Origin: Hemiscyllium ocellatum
Taxonomy: Eukaryota
DNA: 64,000 nucleotides
NCBI RefSeq assembly: GCF_020745735.1
Contig: NC_083435.1
Location: forward strand, 36,295,090-36,359,089
Direction of reading: 5' to 3'
Notes under the pieces: model-generated
What the model was told of the DNA's origin: nothing
The model's database searches: none
What the model saw: only the letters and a program-made list of their open reading frames with translations
Made by a program: the position numbers and the translations under genes
In this document: positions 40,285 to 52,265 of the stretch, piece after piece
Layout of the letters: each line of letters opens with the position of its first letter
Position numbering within the stretch: position 1 is the stretch's first letter

Positions 40285-40785
40285 TTTAAATGTTCCAGAC
40301 CACTGCAGCACTGATCAGGCAGAGATCCCCTCAGTGTCCCTTTAAATGTTCCAGACCCCTGCAGCACTGATCAGGGAGAGATCCCCTCAGTGTCCCTTTA
40401 AATGTTCCAGACCCCTGCAGCACTGATCAGGGAGAGATCCCCTCAGTGTCCCTTTAAATGTTCCAGACCCCTGCAGCACTGATCAGGGAGAGATCCCCTC
40501 AGTGTCCCTTTAAATGTTCCAGACCACTGCAGCACTGATCAGGGAGAGATCCCCTCAGTGTCCCTTTAAATGTTCCAGACCGCTGCAGCACTGATCAGGG
40601 AGAGATCCCCTCAGTGTCCCTTTAAATGTTCCAGACCCCTGCAGCACTGATCAGGCAGAGATCCCCTCAGTGTCCCTTTAAATGTTCCAGACCCCTGCAG
40701 CACTGATCAGGGAGAGATCCCCTCAGTGTCCCTTTAAATGTTCCAGACCCCTGCAGCACTGATCAGGGAGAGATCCCCTCAGTGT
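40285..40785. repeat. 56-bp minisatellite, about 9 copies
   Basis: Unit TTTAAATGTTCCAGACCCCTGCAGCACTGATCAGGGAGAGATCCCCTCAGTGTCCC starts at 40285, 40341, 40397 ... 40733 with exact 56-bp period and a few substitutions. Confidence 0.97.
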
Positions 40786-41704
40786 TGCTGATCCCCTGGA
40801 GTAAAGGTGCCTGCCTGAATAACTTTAGCCCGTGACTGCACGGGTTAAAGTGCGGCCTGACCGCTTGCTGACATGGGTTCTTGCCTGTACCACTGTACAC
40901 ATGGCAAGATTTTACACAGCACGTTTTAAACCTACAATATTTTACATGCCACAAGATCTTATTCCTGCAAAATGTCTCACATTTTTACACCGCACATGAA
41001 TTTGCTCCCCCCATTGGAGAATCCCTCCTGTGTGGAAACAGGCTGTTCAAATCCTAACTGACCCTTCAAAAAGGAGCCCAGTCTCCTGCCTCGAACCCTG
41101 CATTTCCCATGGCTAATCCACTTAACATGCACAGCGCGAAACACTATGGGCCATTTAGCATGGCCAATCCACCCTAGCCTGCACATCTTTAGACCATCGG
41201 AGAAACAGGAGCACCCCGAGGAAACCCACACAGACACAGGGAGAACTTGCAAACTCACACAGACAGTCGAACCTGGGTCCCTGGCGCTGTTAGACAGCAG
41301 AGCTCATCACTGAGCCCAATATGCTGCCCACCATCTTTCATCCACAAAAGTAATACACACCATACAGTTTATACCTCACAATCTTTACACCCCACAGAAT
41401 TTTGCACCCATACTATTTCACACACATAATCTTACACCCAATAATTGAACACACACTAAACTTACCAATTTTATACCCTAGGAATTTTACAACCACAGAA
41501 CTGTACACCCCACATTATAGGGAGGCTGCAATTATACCAGACAGGATGCAGGGCAGATTTACCAGGCTGTTTTTGTATTAGCTAAAATTGTATGCAAGAA
41601 TGAAACGTGACTGCAAAACCATGGTAGATGTTATAGACAAATAGAAAGGGGCTGTGAGGATGTAGGTTAAGCCAAATATGCTTACACAAGCAGTAGTTAT
41701 AAGC

Positions 41705-44050
41705 TCAAGGTTTGTGCGAAGATTTGTGGCTCGGGTGCTCGTTGTTGTGGTTCTGTTCGCCGAGCTAGAAGTTTTTGTTGCAAACGTTTCGTCCCCTGGC
41801 TAGGCGACATCATCAGTGCTCTGGAGCCTCCTGTGAAGCGCTTCTTTGATGTTTCTTCCGGTATTTATAGTGGTCTGTCCTTGCTGCTTCCGGGTGTCAG
41901 TTTCAGCTGTCCGCTGTAGTGGTTGGTATATTGGGTCAAGATCGATGTGTTTGTTGATGGAGTTTGTGGATGAATGCCATGCCTCCAGGAGTTCCCTGGC
42001 TGTTCTCTGTCTGGCTTGCCCTATGATAGTAGTGTTTTCCCAGTCGAATTCATGTAGCTTGTTGTCTGAGTGTATGGCTACTAGGGATAGCTGGTCGTGT
42101 CGTTTCGTGGCTAGTTGATGTACATGTATGCGGATTGTTAGCTGTCTTCCTGTTTGTCCTATATAGTGTTTTGTGCAGTCCTTGCATGTTATTTTGTAAA
42201 CTACATTAGTTTTGCTCATGTTGGGTATCGGGTCCTTTGTTCTAGTAAGTTGTTGTCTGAGCGTGGCTGTTCGTTTGTGTGCCTAAGGTTATGAGTCCTA
42301 AAGGTCGCAGTAGTCTGGCTGTCAGTTCTGAAACGCTCCTGATGTATGGTAGTGTGGCTAGTCCTTTTGGTTGTGGCATGTCCTCGTTCCGTGGTCTATC
42401 TCTTAGGCATCTGTTGATAAAGTTGCGTGGGTATCCGTTTTTGGCGAATACCTTGTATAGGTATTCCTCTTCCTCTTTTCGCAGTTCTGGTGTACTGCAG
42501 TGTGTTGTGGCTCTTTTGAATAGTGTCCTGATGCAGCTTCGTTTGTGTGTGTTGGGGTGGTTACTTTCATAGTTTAGGATTTGGTCTGTGTGTGTTGTTT
42601 TCCTGTGTACCCTTGTGGTGAATTCTCCGTTCGGTGTTCTCTGTACTAACACGTCTAGGAATGGGAGTTGGCTATCCTTTTCTTCTTCTCTCATGAATCG
42701 GATTCCTGTGAGTGTGGCGTTGATGATCCGGTGTGTTTTTTCTATTGACAAAACCCTAGCCAGAGAAACAATAGCCAACCTACTGGACATACAGAACAGA
42801 AAACAGGAGGCCGAACCTATCAACAAAGACGGCATACTTAAACTACTGGACTTATGCCTCACTACACACTTTACATTCAACAATCAGGTATAATAACAAA
42901 TCAACGGAACACCCATGGGATCACCAATCTCGGGACTCATAACAGAGGCAGTTATGCAAAGGTTAGAACAAACAGCCCTACCACAAATTCAACCCAAACT
43001 CTGGGTCAGATATGTCGATGACACGTTTGTAATCATCAAAAAGACAGAAATAGAAAAAACACACCGGATCATCAACGCCACACTCACAGGAATCCGATTC
43101 ACGAGAGAAGAAGAAAAGAATAGCCAACTCCCATTCCTAGACGTGTTAGTACAGAGAACACTGAACGGAGAATTCACCACAAGGGTACACAGGAAAACAA
43201 CACACACAGACCAAGTCCTAAACTATGAAAGTAACCACCACAACACACACAAACGAAGCTGCATCAGGACACTATTCAAAAGAGCCACAACACACTGCAG
43301 TCCACCAGAACTGCGAAAAGAGGAAGAGGAACACCTATACAAGTATTCGCCAAAAACGGATACCCACGCAACTTTATCACCAGATGCCTAAGAGATAGAC
43401 ACATGGAACGAGGACATGCCACAACCAAAAGGACTAGCCACACTACCATACATCAGGAGTGTTTCAGAACTGACAGCCAGACTACTGCGACCCTTAGGAC
43501 TCATAACCTTAGGCACACAAACGAACAGCCACGCTCAGACAACAACTTACTAGAACAAAGGACCCGATACCCAACATGAGCAAAACTAATGTAGTATACA
43601 AAATAACATGCAAGGACTGCACAAAACACTATATAGGACAAACAGGAAGACAGCTAACAATCCACATACATGAACATCAACTAGCCACGAAACGACACGA
43701 CCAGCTATCCCTAGTAGCCACACACTCAGACAACAAGCAACATGAATTCGACTGGGAAAACACTACTATCATAGGGCAAGCCAGACAGAGAACAGCCAGG
43801 GAAATCCTGGAGGCATGGCATTCATCCACAAACTCCATCAACAAACACATCGACCTGGACCCAATATACCAACCACTACAGCGGACAGCTGAAACTGACA
43901 CCCAGAAGCGGCAAGGACAGACCACTATAAATACCAGAAGAAACATCAAAGAAGCGCTTCACAGGAGGCTCCAGAGCACTGATGATGTCGCCTAGTCAGG
44001 GGACGAAACGCTTGCAACGAAAACTTCCCGCTCGGCGAACAGAACCACAA
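41705..44050. mobile_element. Young Penelope-like retroelement (RT + GIY-YIG) with ~1-kb inverted duplication
   Basis: RT GSPISG...LWVRYVDDTF and EN NVVYKITCKDCTKHYIGQTGR. Inverted arms 41745-42746 / 43049-44050. 14-bp TSD CAGTAGTTATAAGC (41691-41704 / 44051-44064). Confidence 0.95.
41780..41819 (-). ncRNA. Minimal type I hammerhead ribozyme in Penelope pLTR (GUU site)
   Basis: GCA-CTGATGA-T-GTCGCC-TAGCCA-GGGGAC-GAAA-CG-TT-TGC: core, stem II, palindromic ACGU stem III and 3-bp stem I. Confidence 0.7.
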
Positions 44051-46271
44051 CAGTAGTTATAAGCATCTGTTTCCCACTTTTACAGAAACACAGGAACAAA
44101 CCCCAATTAGAAGGTCATTAGGATGAGTATGGTTGGGGAAAACACAGATGGAGGGAATAGATAACACCTAACAATGGGCTACAGCGGGATGTGGTCAAAC
44201 GGCCTTGTGAGGCCAGAAATAAGCATTGTGTCACAGACAAGGCCGGATAAGGCAAGAGATAAACAGGAGTAATGGGTACCGGACATAGGGAAGTGGAAGA
44301 TGTAAACGGGGAGGAGCAATGGGATAAAACAATAGGAACCAAATTACATAAATATCGTGTATTCACTGAATTCAGTGTGTGTGTGTGTCCCTGCCTTGTA
44401 GACAGTGGACATCGCACCCTCTTGCAAGGGTAAAATAAATAACACTACTGATTCAGATCTTGTCTCGGACTGAAATTATTGAAGTGAGTGAGCTTTGTTT
44501 CTCACAGGGAAGGTGTTGGGAGTGGAGGGTGTCTCCCGATTGCTGGTTGGGGTGTGAAGGTGTGAGAAACAAAGCTCACTCACTCACTGCAATAATTTCA
44601 GTCCGAGACAAGATCTGAATCAGTAGTGCCCTTTATTTCACACTTGCAAGTGGGTGTGATGTCCACAAGGCAGGGACAAAACACACTGAATTCAACAAAT
44701 ACTTGATATTTATATAATTTGGTTCCTACATTTTTTTTCTTATTTCATTGTTTTCTTCCCCCCTCCCCTGTTTACATCCTCCACTTCCCTAAGACCGGTA
44801 CCCATTACTCCTGTTTATCTCGTGTCTTATCCGGTCTTGTCTGTGAAAAAAATGCTCATTCCTGTTCTCAAGGCCATTTGACCTCATCCTGCTGTGGGCA
44901 CATCCTTGCCTTACCATTATTTACTCCCTCCATCTGTGCTGCCCCTCTCAGGATCTTATCATTAAGACTCGTTTAATTGGGGTTTGTTCCTGTGTTTCTG
45001 TAAAAGTGGGAAACAGATGTTTATACCTATTGTTTATACAGGCATATTGAGTTTAACTGTCTGTCTTCACAGCATCTTATCACGAAGCCCTTTTAATTGG
45101 GGTTACCATTGTTGTGTAGTCTCGTTTCTTTCTTGCATACATTTTTACCTAATACACAAAAAAACAATTATGCATTTCCTCCACAGAGTTCCCATTCTTG
45201 TTGACTCAGTTCCTGGCTGAAACAATTACACACTGATGTAAGTTCAGTTATTTTTTTATATAATGATTTAGAATTGCAGAAGCAACATAAATTTCCTATA
45301 TCCCACAGAGGGAAACTGGGAGGATTCAGCTGTGAAGGTGAAGGAGGGAGACTGACGTTGTCTCCCTTGGACCAGAGATGACTGTGGGGAAGGCGCGGTG
45401 CGGGGGTGAGGGAAAATGTCGGACTTCATTCCCACATATACAACTCTGAAGGGCATAGACAGCAAGAAAAAGAAATCCCCCTCAGTGGACAGTAGGGCCC
45501 AGGTTTAATGTAAGTGGCCTGAAGGTGAAGAAGCTTTCCCATGTGCCTCGGTACACGTGACAATAAATTCAATTCAAGTGTCTTTATCCTGTCGGGTGGT
45601 GCCAATCTGGGACTCACTGCCTCAAAGAGCACTAGAGACAGGAACCCTCACCACATGGAAATAAGTGTTCAGCTAACCAATTGAAATGTCACGGCAAACA
45701 GGGCTGGGAAACGGAATAGGAACCTCCTGATGCCTCAACTCGGTGCAATTACAGCACTGTGTGTGTTAGAGAGGTCTTCGGGTTTTTAAGAGTCTAACTC
45801 CAATGTTAGTTTGCTTCCTTGATATGCCACTGTACGGAACAGAACTGCGTTTATATAATATATATATATAATTTTTTTTAATGAATAAAGCATAATGTGG
45901 AAAGTAAGAAAAAAGGAAACTCGCATTTGAACAGACAGCTGGGGTGTATCATCACCGGAAACAGTGTCGCTTTGATTCAGTAACTTTCTGGTTGTTTAAT
46001 AAATTTCCCTTAACCGTGAATTTGCATTTCAGATCCAGTAATCCTTGTTTTTTTGGTTTAAAGAGCGGAATGTTTGATGGGCTGGCATAGACGCAGTGGG
46101 CCGAATGGCCCCTTTCTGTGCCATTCAGAACCTCGCGGCTAGTATTTTCATTGAGACGCTCGACAGGTCGGGGCGGGGGCGGGGTAGAAATTACATGCAA
46201 CGAGGGACATGTACATTCTGAGCTCCCAGCTCTGTGTCCCCAGTCACTCACTCTCCCCGGGGGGGGGGTAC

Positions 46272-46688
46272 CTTGTAGAGGGAGGCAGCTTGCTTCAGAG
46301 GTAGGAAACTGTGCTGGGAATGTCCGGGATCATCCCTGCAGACCAAACACACCAGCTCACGGTCATCCCAGCAGAAGAGTTTGAGATGTTCCTGGTGCTC
46401 GGGACACTGCAGCTCCCCGCTCGCCTTCAGCTCCTCTTGCTCGCCCAGCCGCTGCAGCTTGTCCACCAGGTTAGCCAGCACCCGGTTCGGCTTGAGCACC
46501 CTGTCCGAGCAGAGGAGCCGGCACTGCGGACACAGCGGCTCGGAGCCCTCGGGGCCCCAGCACTGACTGATGCAGCCGCGGCAGAAGTGATGCTCACACT
46601 GCAGCCTGACCGGCTCCGTGAACAGCGACAGGCAGATCGGGCAGGTCAGCTCCTCCACTAGGCTCTGCACCTCCAGACTGGATGCCAT
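46272..46688 (-). CDS. TRIM E3 ubiquitin ligase exon 1 (C3HC4 RING + B-box 2); TRIM39/69/A33/NF7-like group
   Basis: ATG 46688 in strong Kozak context GCCATGG. RING CPIC-x11-CEH-x2-CRGC-x13-CPQC; B-box CPEH-x7-CWDD-x4-CLVC-x5-HSQH. Donor AAG|GTACCC. 417 nt, phase 0, CpG-rich. Confidence 0.93.
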
Positions 46689-46737
46689 GGCTGTCCCGGA
46701 GCTTCTCCCCACCTTGGATGCAGATCAATGGACAGAA

Positions 46738-46768
46738 TTCCCGCCAACAATCGCTTTCACTTCCGCCC
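46738..46768 (-). promoter_or_regulatory. Candidate TRIM proximal promoter: GC box overlapping an ETS-IRF composite motif, plus an E2F-like site
   Basis: Minus strand GGGCGGAAGTGAAAG (46768-46754), 66-80 nt upstream of the ATG; TTCCCGCC at 46738-46745 on the plus strand. Confidence 0.5.
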
Positions 46769-49719
46769 GTTGTCCCAAATTTTAACCCTGAAGGGTTTGA
46801 AATATACAACTTGTCTTTGTTCAAAGATGTTATTTCTCTAGAGCAGGTGGGACTTGAACCTGGGCTAGGAACTGTGTCTCAAAATGGCCCTTAAACCCTT
46901 CCTTGTTTTCATGTGAATGGAATTGGCTGAAGATGCTAGAGGCCGCATCCACCATCAGGCATGGCAGGATTTGAACCAGGGTCCCCTGAACATCATCTGG
47001 CTCTCCAGGTTAACAGACCAGTGATAATGCCATTAAATTATTGCCTACCCTACATGGTGCTGGTGATGTTTGGGACAGTCTGGAAAGTGTGATTCCATGA
47101 GCATGACTGTGTTTGGGCTTTTGCTTGACTGGTCTGTGAGACAGTTCTCCCAATTTTGGCACTGTCCCCCAGATGTACAGAAGGATCAGTTTGCAGGGTC
47201 AACAGGGCTGTTTATTGCCATTGTCTTTCTCGGTGCTGATGTCAATGCCAGGTGGTTCACCCAGTTTCATTCCTTTGTTGAGCTTTTGTCATTATTGATA
47301 TAACTGACCAGCTTGCTCGGCCATTTCAGAGGGCAGGTGAGAGTCAACCACATTGTTGTGGGGTCTAGAGTCACATGTAGACCAGACTAGGTGAGGATGG
47401 CAGAATTCCTTCCCTGAAATGCATTAGGGAACCAATTGGATATTTCTAAACCATCCACAATGGTCCGATGCTCATCAGCAGATTCTTAATTCCAGTTTTT
47501 CTTTATTGGATTCAGATTCTGCCAACTGCTGTGGCAGGATTCTAACCTGAGTCCCAAAACATCACCAGAGTTTCTGGGATAATAGCGTAGTGATGGCACT
47601 ACTAGACCATGGTCCCACCTGCATTTCCACTTGGGTCTAATTTCTCAAGGTCTAATCTGATCTCTGCCCCTCAACCCATTGAATTCAAGCTGGTCGAAAT
47701 GACTTCAGTTTATTTTAGAAAGAGTGATTGAAATCAATGCACGCTAGTATATCAGTGTCTCTAAAAACAGCTTAAATGGAACTGTGGAATTTTTGGCTTT
47801 ATTAATCAAGATATTGAATACAAGAATAAGGAAGTGTTGAAGGAGTAGTATATAACATTAGTGAGTTCACAGCTGGGGTATTGCGTACAGTTTAATTACC
47901 ACACTATAAGAAGGATCATAGAATCCCTACAGTGTGGAAACAGGCCATTTGGCCCAACATGTCCACATGAACCCTCTGAAGAGTAACCCACCCAGACCCA
48001 TCCTCCTACCCTATTGTCCACACATTTACCCCTGACTAATGCACCTAACCTACATATCCCTGAACACTGCCTGAATCAGCAATTTAGCAAGACCAATTCA
48101 CCTGGCTTGCACATCTTTAGACTGTGGGAGGAAACTGGAGCACCTGGAGGAAACCCACACAGACAGTCGTTCGAGGCTGGAATCAAACCCAGGTCCCGAG
48201 CACTATGAGGCAGCAGTGCTAACTACTGAGTCACCCGTGCCATGAGAGAGGGTGCAAAGGATGTTCACCTGAAGGTTGCCTTGCCTGGATAGTTTCAGCT
48301 ATTAAGAAAGACTGGAGAGTCTGGGGTAGCTTTCCCTCGAGCAGAGAAATTTGAGGGGGGAATGCAATTGAGATGGATCATGTTTTGACAGGGTATGATG
48401 GGGAGAAATGTTTCCCCTTAATGGAGGAATGAATCATCAGCTTTTAAGATAAGGAGCAGGAGCTTTAGAGGTTTGTTTTTCAGATTAGATTAGATTCCCT
48501 GCAGTGTGGGAATAGGCCCTTTGGCCCAACCAGTCCACACCGACCCTCCGAAGAGTAACCCACACAGAGCTATTTCCCTCTGACTAATGCACCTAACACT
48601 ATGAGCAATTTACCATGGCCAATTCACCTGAGCTACACATCTTTGGACTGTGGGAAGAAATCCACCCAGACACAGGGAGAATGTGCAAACTCCACACAGA
48701 CAGTCACCCAAGACTAGAATTGAACCTGGGACGCTGGTGCTGTGAGGCAGCAGTGCTAACCACTGAGCTACTGTGCCACCCCAATTTGAGGTGATTTGAG
48801 GAAATAAATATTCAATCAGAGTTGTGGGTATCTGAAACTTTATGCCTGAAAGTGTAGAGGAAGCAAGAACCCTCAAGATCTTTATGAATGATTTAGATAA
48901 GCACTTGTAATGTCATAACATAGAAGGCTGTGGGCTAAGTGCTCCAGAATAGAATAGATGGATGAAAATCAGTTCTGAGTCTTACCAGATTCAAAGCATG
49001 AACTCATTCAGTCACAGTGGTTTATAGCATGGAAACAGGTCCTTCAGCCCAACTTGTCCATGCCACCCAGTATTCACAGATAGTCACAATTTTCACAACT
49101 CTATTCTTCTCCACAGTTGCTGACAGAACTGCTGAGTTTCTCCAGTATTCTCTGTGTTGGTTTTAGAATATAATGGTGGACAACATGGCCTCACAGACCC
49201 AGGGTCCCTCACCCTCCGTTGGGTGACTGTCTTTGTGGAGTTTGCATCTGTGTGGGTTTCTGCAGGACACTCCAGTTTCCTCCCACAGCCCAAAGTCCAA
49301 CGCAGGTTAGTTTGTGCTAAATTGCCCCACAGTGTCCAATGATACGCAAGCTAGGTGGATTAACTATGGTAAAGTTGGGGTTACAGGGATAGGGTGGGGG
49401 TCTGGATGGGATGCGTTTGGGAGGGTGAGGGTACACTCGATGGGTTAAATGGCCTCTTTCTGCGCTCTGTAATTTGATGATTAGTGTGGATTCATGAGGT
49501 CTAAGAGCCTCTTTCGGCACTATAAGCACGTGAACAGTACGATCCCATAGGCTGCCATGCAATGGATGAGCAGTGAATTTGTTGGAAAATGAAAACATCT
49601 TCTGCCATGACCTTCTGCAAGGCGTAAATCCAATGGGATTCTCCCCCACTTGCCTGGATGAGTGCAGCTCCAACAACACTGATGAAGGTCAGAAGTCACA
49701 CGACACCAGGTTGTAGTCA

Positions 49720-50450
49720 ATTGACAATAGGTGCAGGAGTAGGCCATTCTGCCCTTCGAGCCTGCACCACCATTCATTATGATCATGGCTGATCATCCTC
49801 AATCAGTATCCTGTTCCTGCCTTATCTCCATAACCCTTGATTCCACTATCCTTGAGAGCTCTATCCAACTCTTTCTTAAATAAATCCAGAGACTGGGCCT
49901 CCACTGCCCTCTGGGGCAGACCATTCCACACAGCCACCACTCTCTGGGTGAAGAAGTTTCCCTCATCTCTGTTCTAAATGGCCTATCCCTTATTTTTAAG
50001 CTGTGTCCTCTGGTTCGGGACTCACCCATCAGCGGAAACATGTTTCCTCCCTCCAGAGTGTCCAATCCTTTAATAATCTTATATGTCTCAATCAGATCCC
50101 CTCTCAGTCTTCTCAACTCAAGGATATACAAGCCCAGTCGCTCCAATCTTTCAACATAAGATAGTCCCACCATTCCAGGAATTAACCAGTGAACCTACAC
50201 TGCACTCCCTCAATAACCAGAATGCCTTTCCTCAAATTTGGAGACCAGAACTGCACACAATATTCCAGGTGCCGTCTCACCAGGGCCCTGTACAGCTGTA
50301 GAAGAACCTCTTTGCATCTATACTCAATCCCTCTTGTTATGAAGGCCAGCATGCTATTAGCTTTCTTCACTACCTGCTGTACCTGCATGCTTGCTTTCAT
50401 TGACTGGTGTACAAGAACACCCAGATCTCTTTGTACTACCCTTTAGCTAA
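49720..50450 (-). mobile_element. CR1 LINE 3' fragment
   Basis: LVRRHLEYCVQFWSP; ERLERLGLYILELRRLRGDLIETYKI. Confidence 0.85.
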
Positions 50451-52265
50451 CTTGACTCCAAGTCAACCAGGTTTATTTGAAATCACAAGCTTTCTGAGCA
50501 CTGCATCTTTGTCAGGCAGTGAAGCAGTGCTGTGAAAGCTTGTGATTTCAAATACACTTGTTGAACTATGACCTTGTGTCGTATCCACTCCAGTCCGACA
50601 CTGGCACCTCCACATCACCATTGAAGAAGCTTGACAAAGCTGGGTGGCACAGTGGCTCAGTGGTTAGCATAGCGCTGGGGACCCGGGTTCAATTCCTACC
50701 TTGGGGGACAGTCTGTGTGGAATTTTCACATTCTCCCTGTGTCTGTTTCCTCCCACACTTTAACGATGTGCAGGTCAAGTGACTTGGCCATGCTAAATTG
50801 CCCATACTGTTAGCTGCATTAGTTGGCATAAATGTTAGATGGGGGAATGGGTCTGGGTGGGTTGCTCTCCTTTGGAGGGTCAGTGTGGACTTGTTGGGCT
50901 GAAGGGTCTGTTTCTATACTATATAATCTAAAGGAGCCCACGAGATCCACAAAATTCAGTTCCTCTACCAATGATGCTCAGTACCGTTAGTGTATACAGT
51001 ACTATCTCCAAGATGCACTGCAGAAGGTACCTCATGTAACCTTCTAAGCCCATGACCAGTACCATCTACTTCGTGTTTATATTATCTGATTGAAAGCTTA
51101 GGAAAATGTCACTAAGAGATTGTGGAATCATGCCTCGGGTTAAAAGGTTGGAAGTATCACTCCGCCATTAATAACCAGGGAGGTGCAGAAACCAGATAAC
51201 AAAAGAATTGCTGCAATCACAGTGATTGTGAAGTGATCGAACAGTCAATGTGGATCTGTGAAGGGAAGGATCTGCCTGGCTTATTAGGCCGAAGTGTTTT
51301 ATGTTCCCCTGGATAAGATCGCATCGGTCCCTATCTCTGCATTGCAGCAGTCACAACAATGATGTTTCTATTTTTTTTTTACTTATTCTGAGATTTTATT
51401 CATAGCTTGGTAATTAAATGTTTAATAAACAGTAATACAAGAGAAACAAATGTTAGTTAAATGCCTCTGGTTAGTGTTTTCAGAGGATTCATATTAAATA
51501 CAGCAAAATACTTTGTATTAAACTCTCATAATTTGAAGACATCTGGGCAGGGAAACCGATTTCTTGCACCATTGATATATATATATATATATATAAAAAA
51601 ATTAATTTTACCCACTAATAATCCTGGTTCTGCTCTCTCTATACACTGAGCGAAGTGCCTTACCAAAAGAACAATGATGTTTCTACTCAGTGGCTCTACA
51701 CACACGGTTGGCTGTTTCTGTGATAGGGAGTATCTCACCATAATCGGTTGTGGGTTTGGGGCCTTACCTCTGGAGTGAAAACTCCTTTGAGGGTTTTGAG
51801 CATACTACTTTTACTTTGGAGAAGTTGGTGCTAAGCCATTTCCCTGAGCTGCTACAGTCATTTGAGAGAAGGGAGTTTCAGGATGTTGACCCAGCAACAC
51901 TGAAGGCAGAGCGATACAGTTCCAAGTCAGGATGGTGAACTAACTTGAGGGGAACCTGCAGGACTCGGTGTTCTCATGCATCTGCTGCCCTTGTCCTTCT
52001 AGATGGTAGAGGGCATGGGTTTGGAAGGCACTGTCAAAGGAGTACTGGCAAGTTGCTATGTTGCATCTTGTGACTAGCAACAATGTGTACAATATGGAGG
52101 GAGTGAATGCTTACATAGGATGCTGATTGAGTGGGATGTTTTGTTATAGCTGGTGTTAGACTTGGAGAGTGTTGAAGCTGGAATCCAGGCAAGTGGAGAG
52201 TATTCTATTACACTCCGGATTTGTAGATGGGAGACGGGAGTCAGGAGGTGACTTGGGGAAGATAA

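Larger units (their letters stand above)
41527..45230. mobile_element. Foldback-like palindromic element (arms ~41527-41704 plus 44065-44506, and 44561-45230), left arm split by a Penelope insertion
   Basis: Reverse-complement match of the arms followed by eye over ~600 bp. Perfect 39-bp (44443-44481 / 44590-44628) and 24-bp (44483-44506 / 44561-44584) stems near a 54-nt spacer. Confidence 0.75.

Noticed and set aside
40285-40785. CRISPR-like array
   Set aside because: Units are contiguous and near-identical with no unique spacers, there are no cas genes, and the context is eukaryotic. It is a minisatellite.
46689-46712. N-terminal extension MGRSSGTA of the TRIM ORF (and C-terminal VPPPRGE read-through at 46248-46271)
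   Set aside because: The upstream start is a GTG, while ATG 46688 has a strong Kozak context. The C-terminal residues lie past the AAG|GTACCC donor and are intronic.
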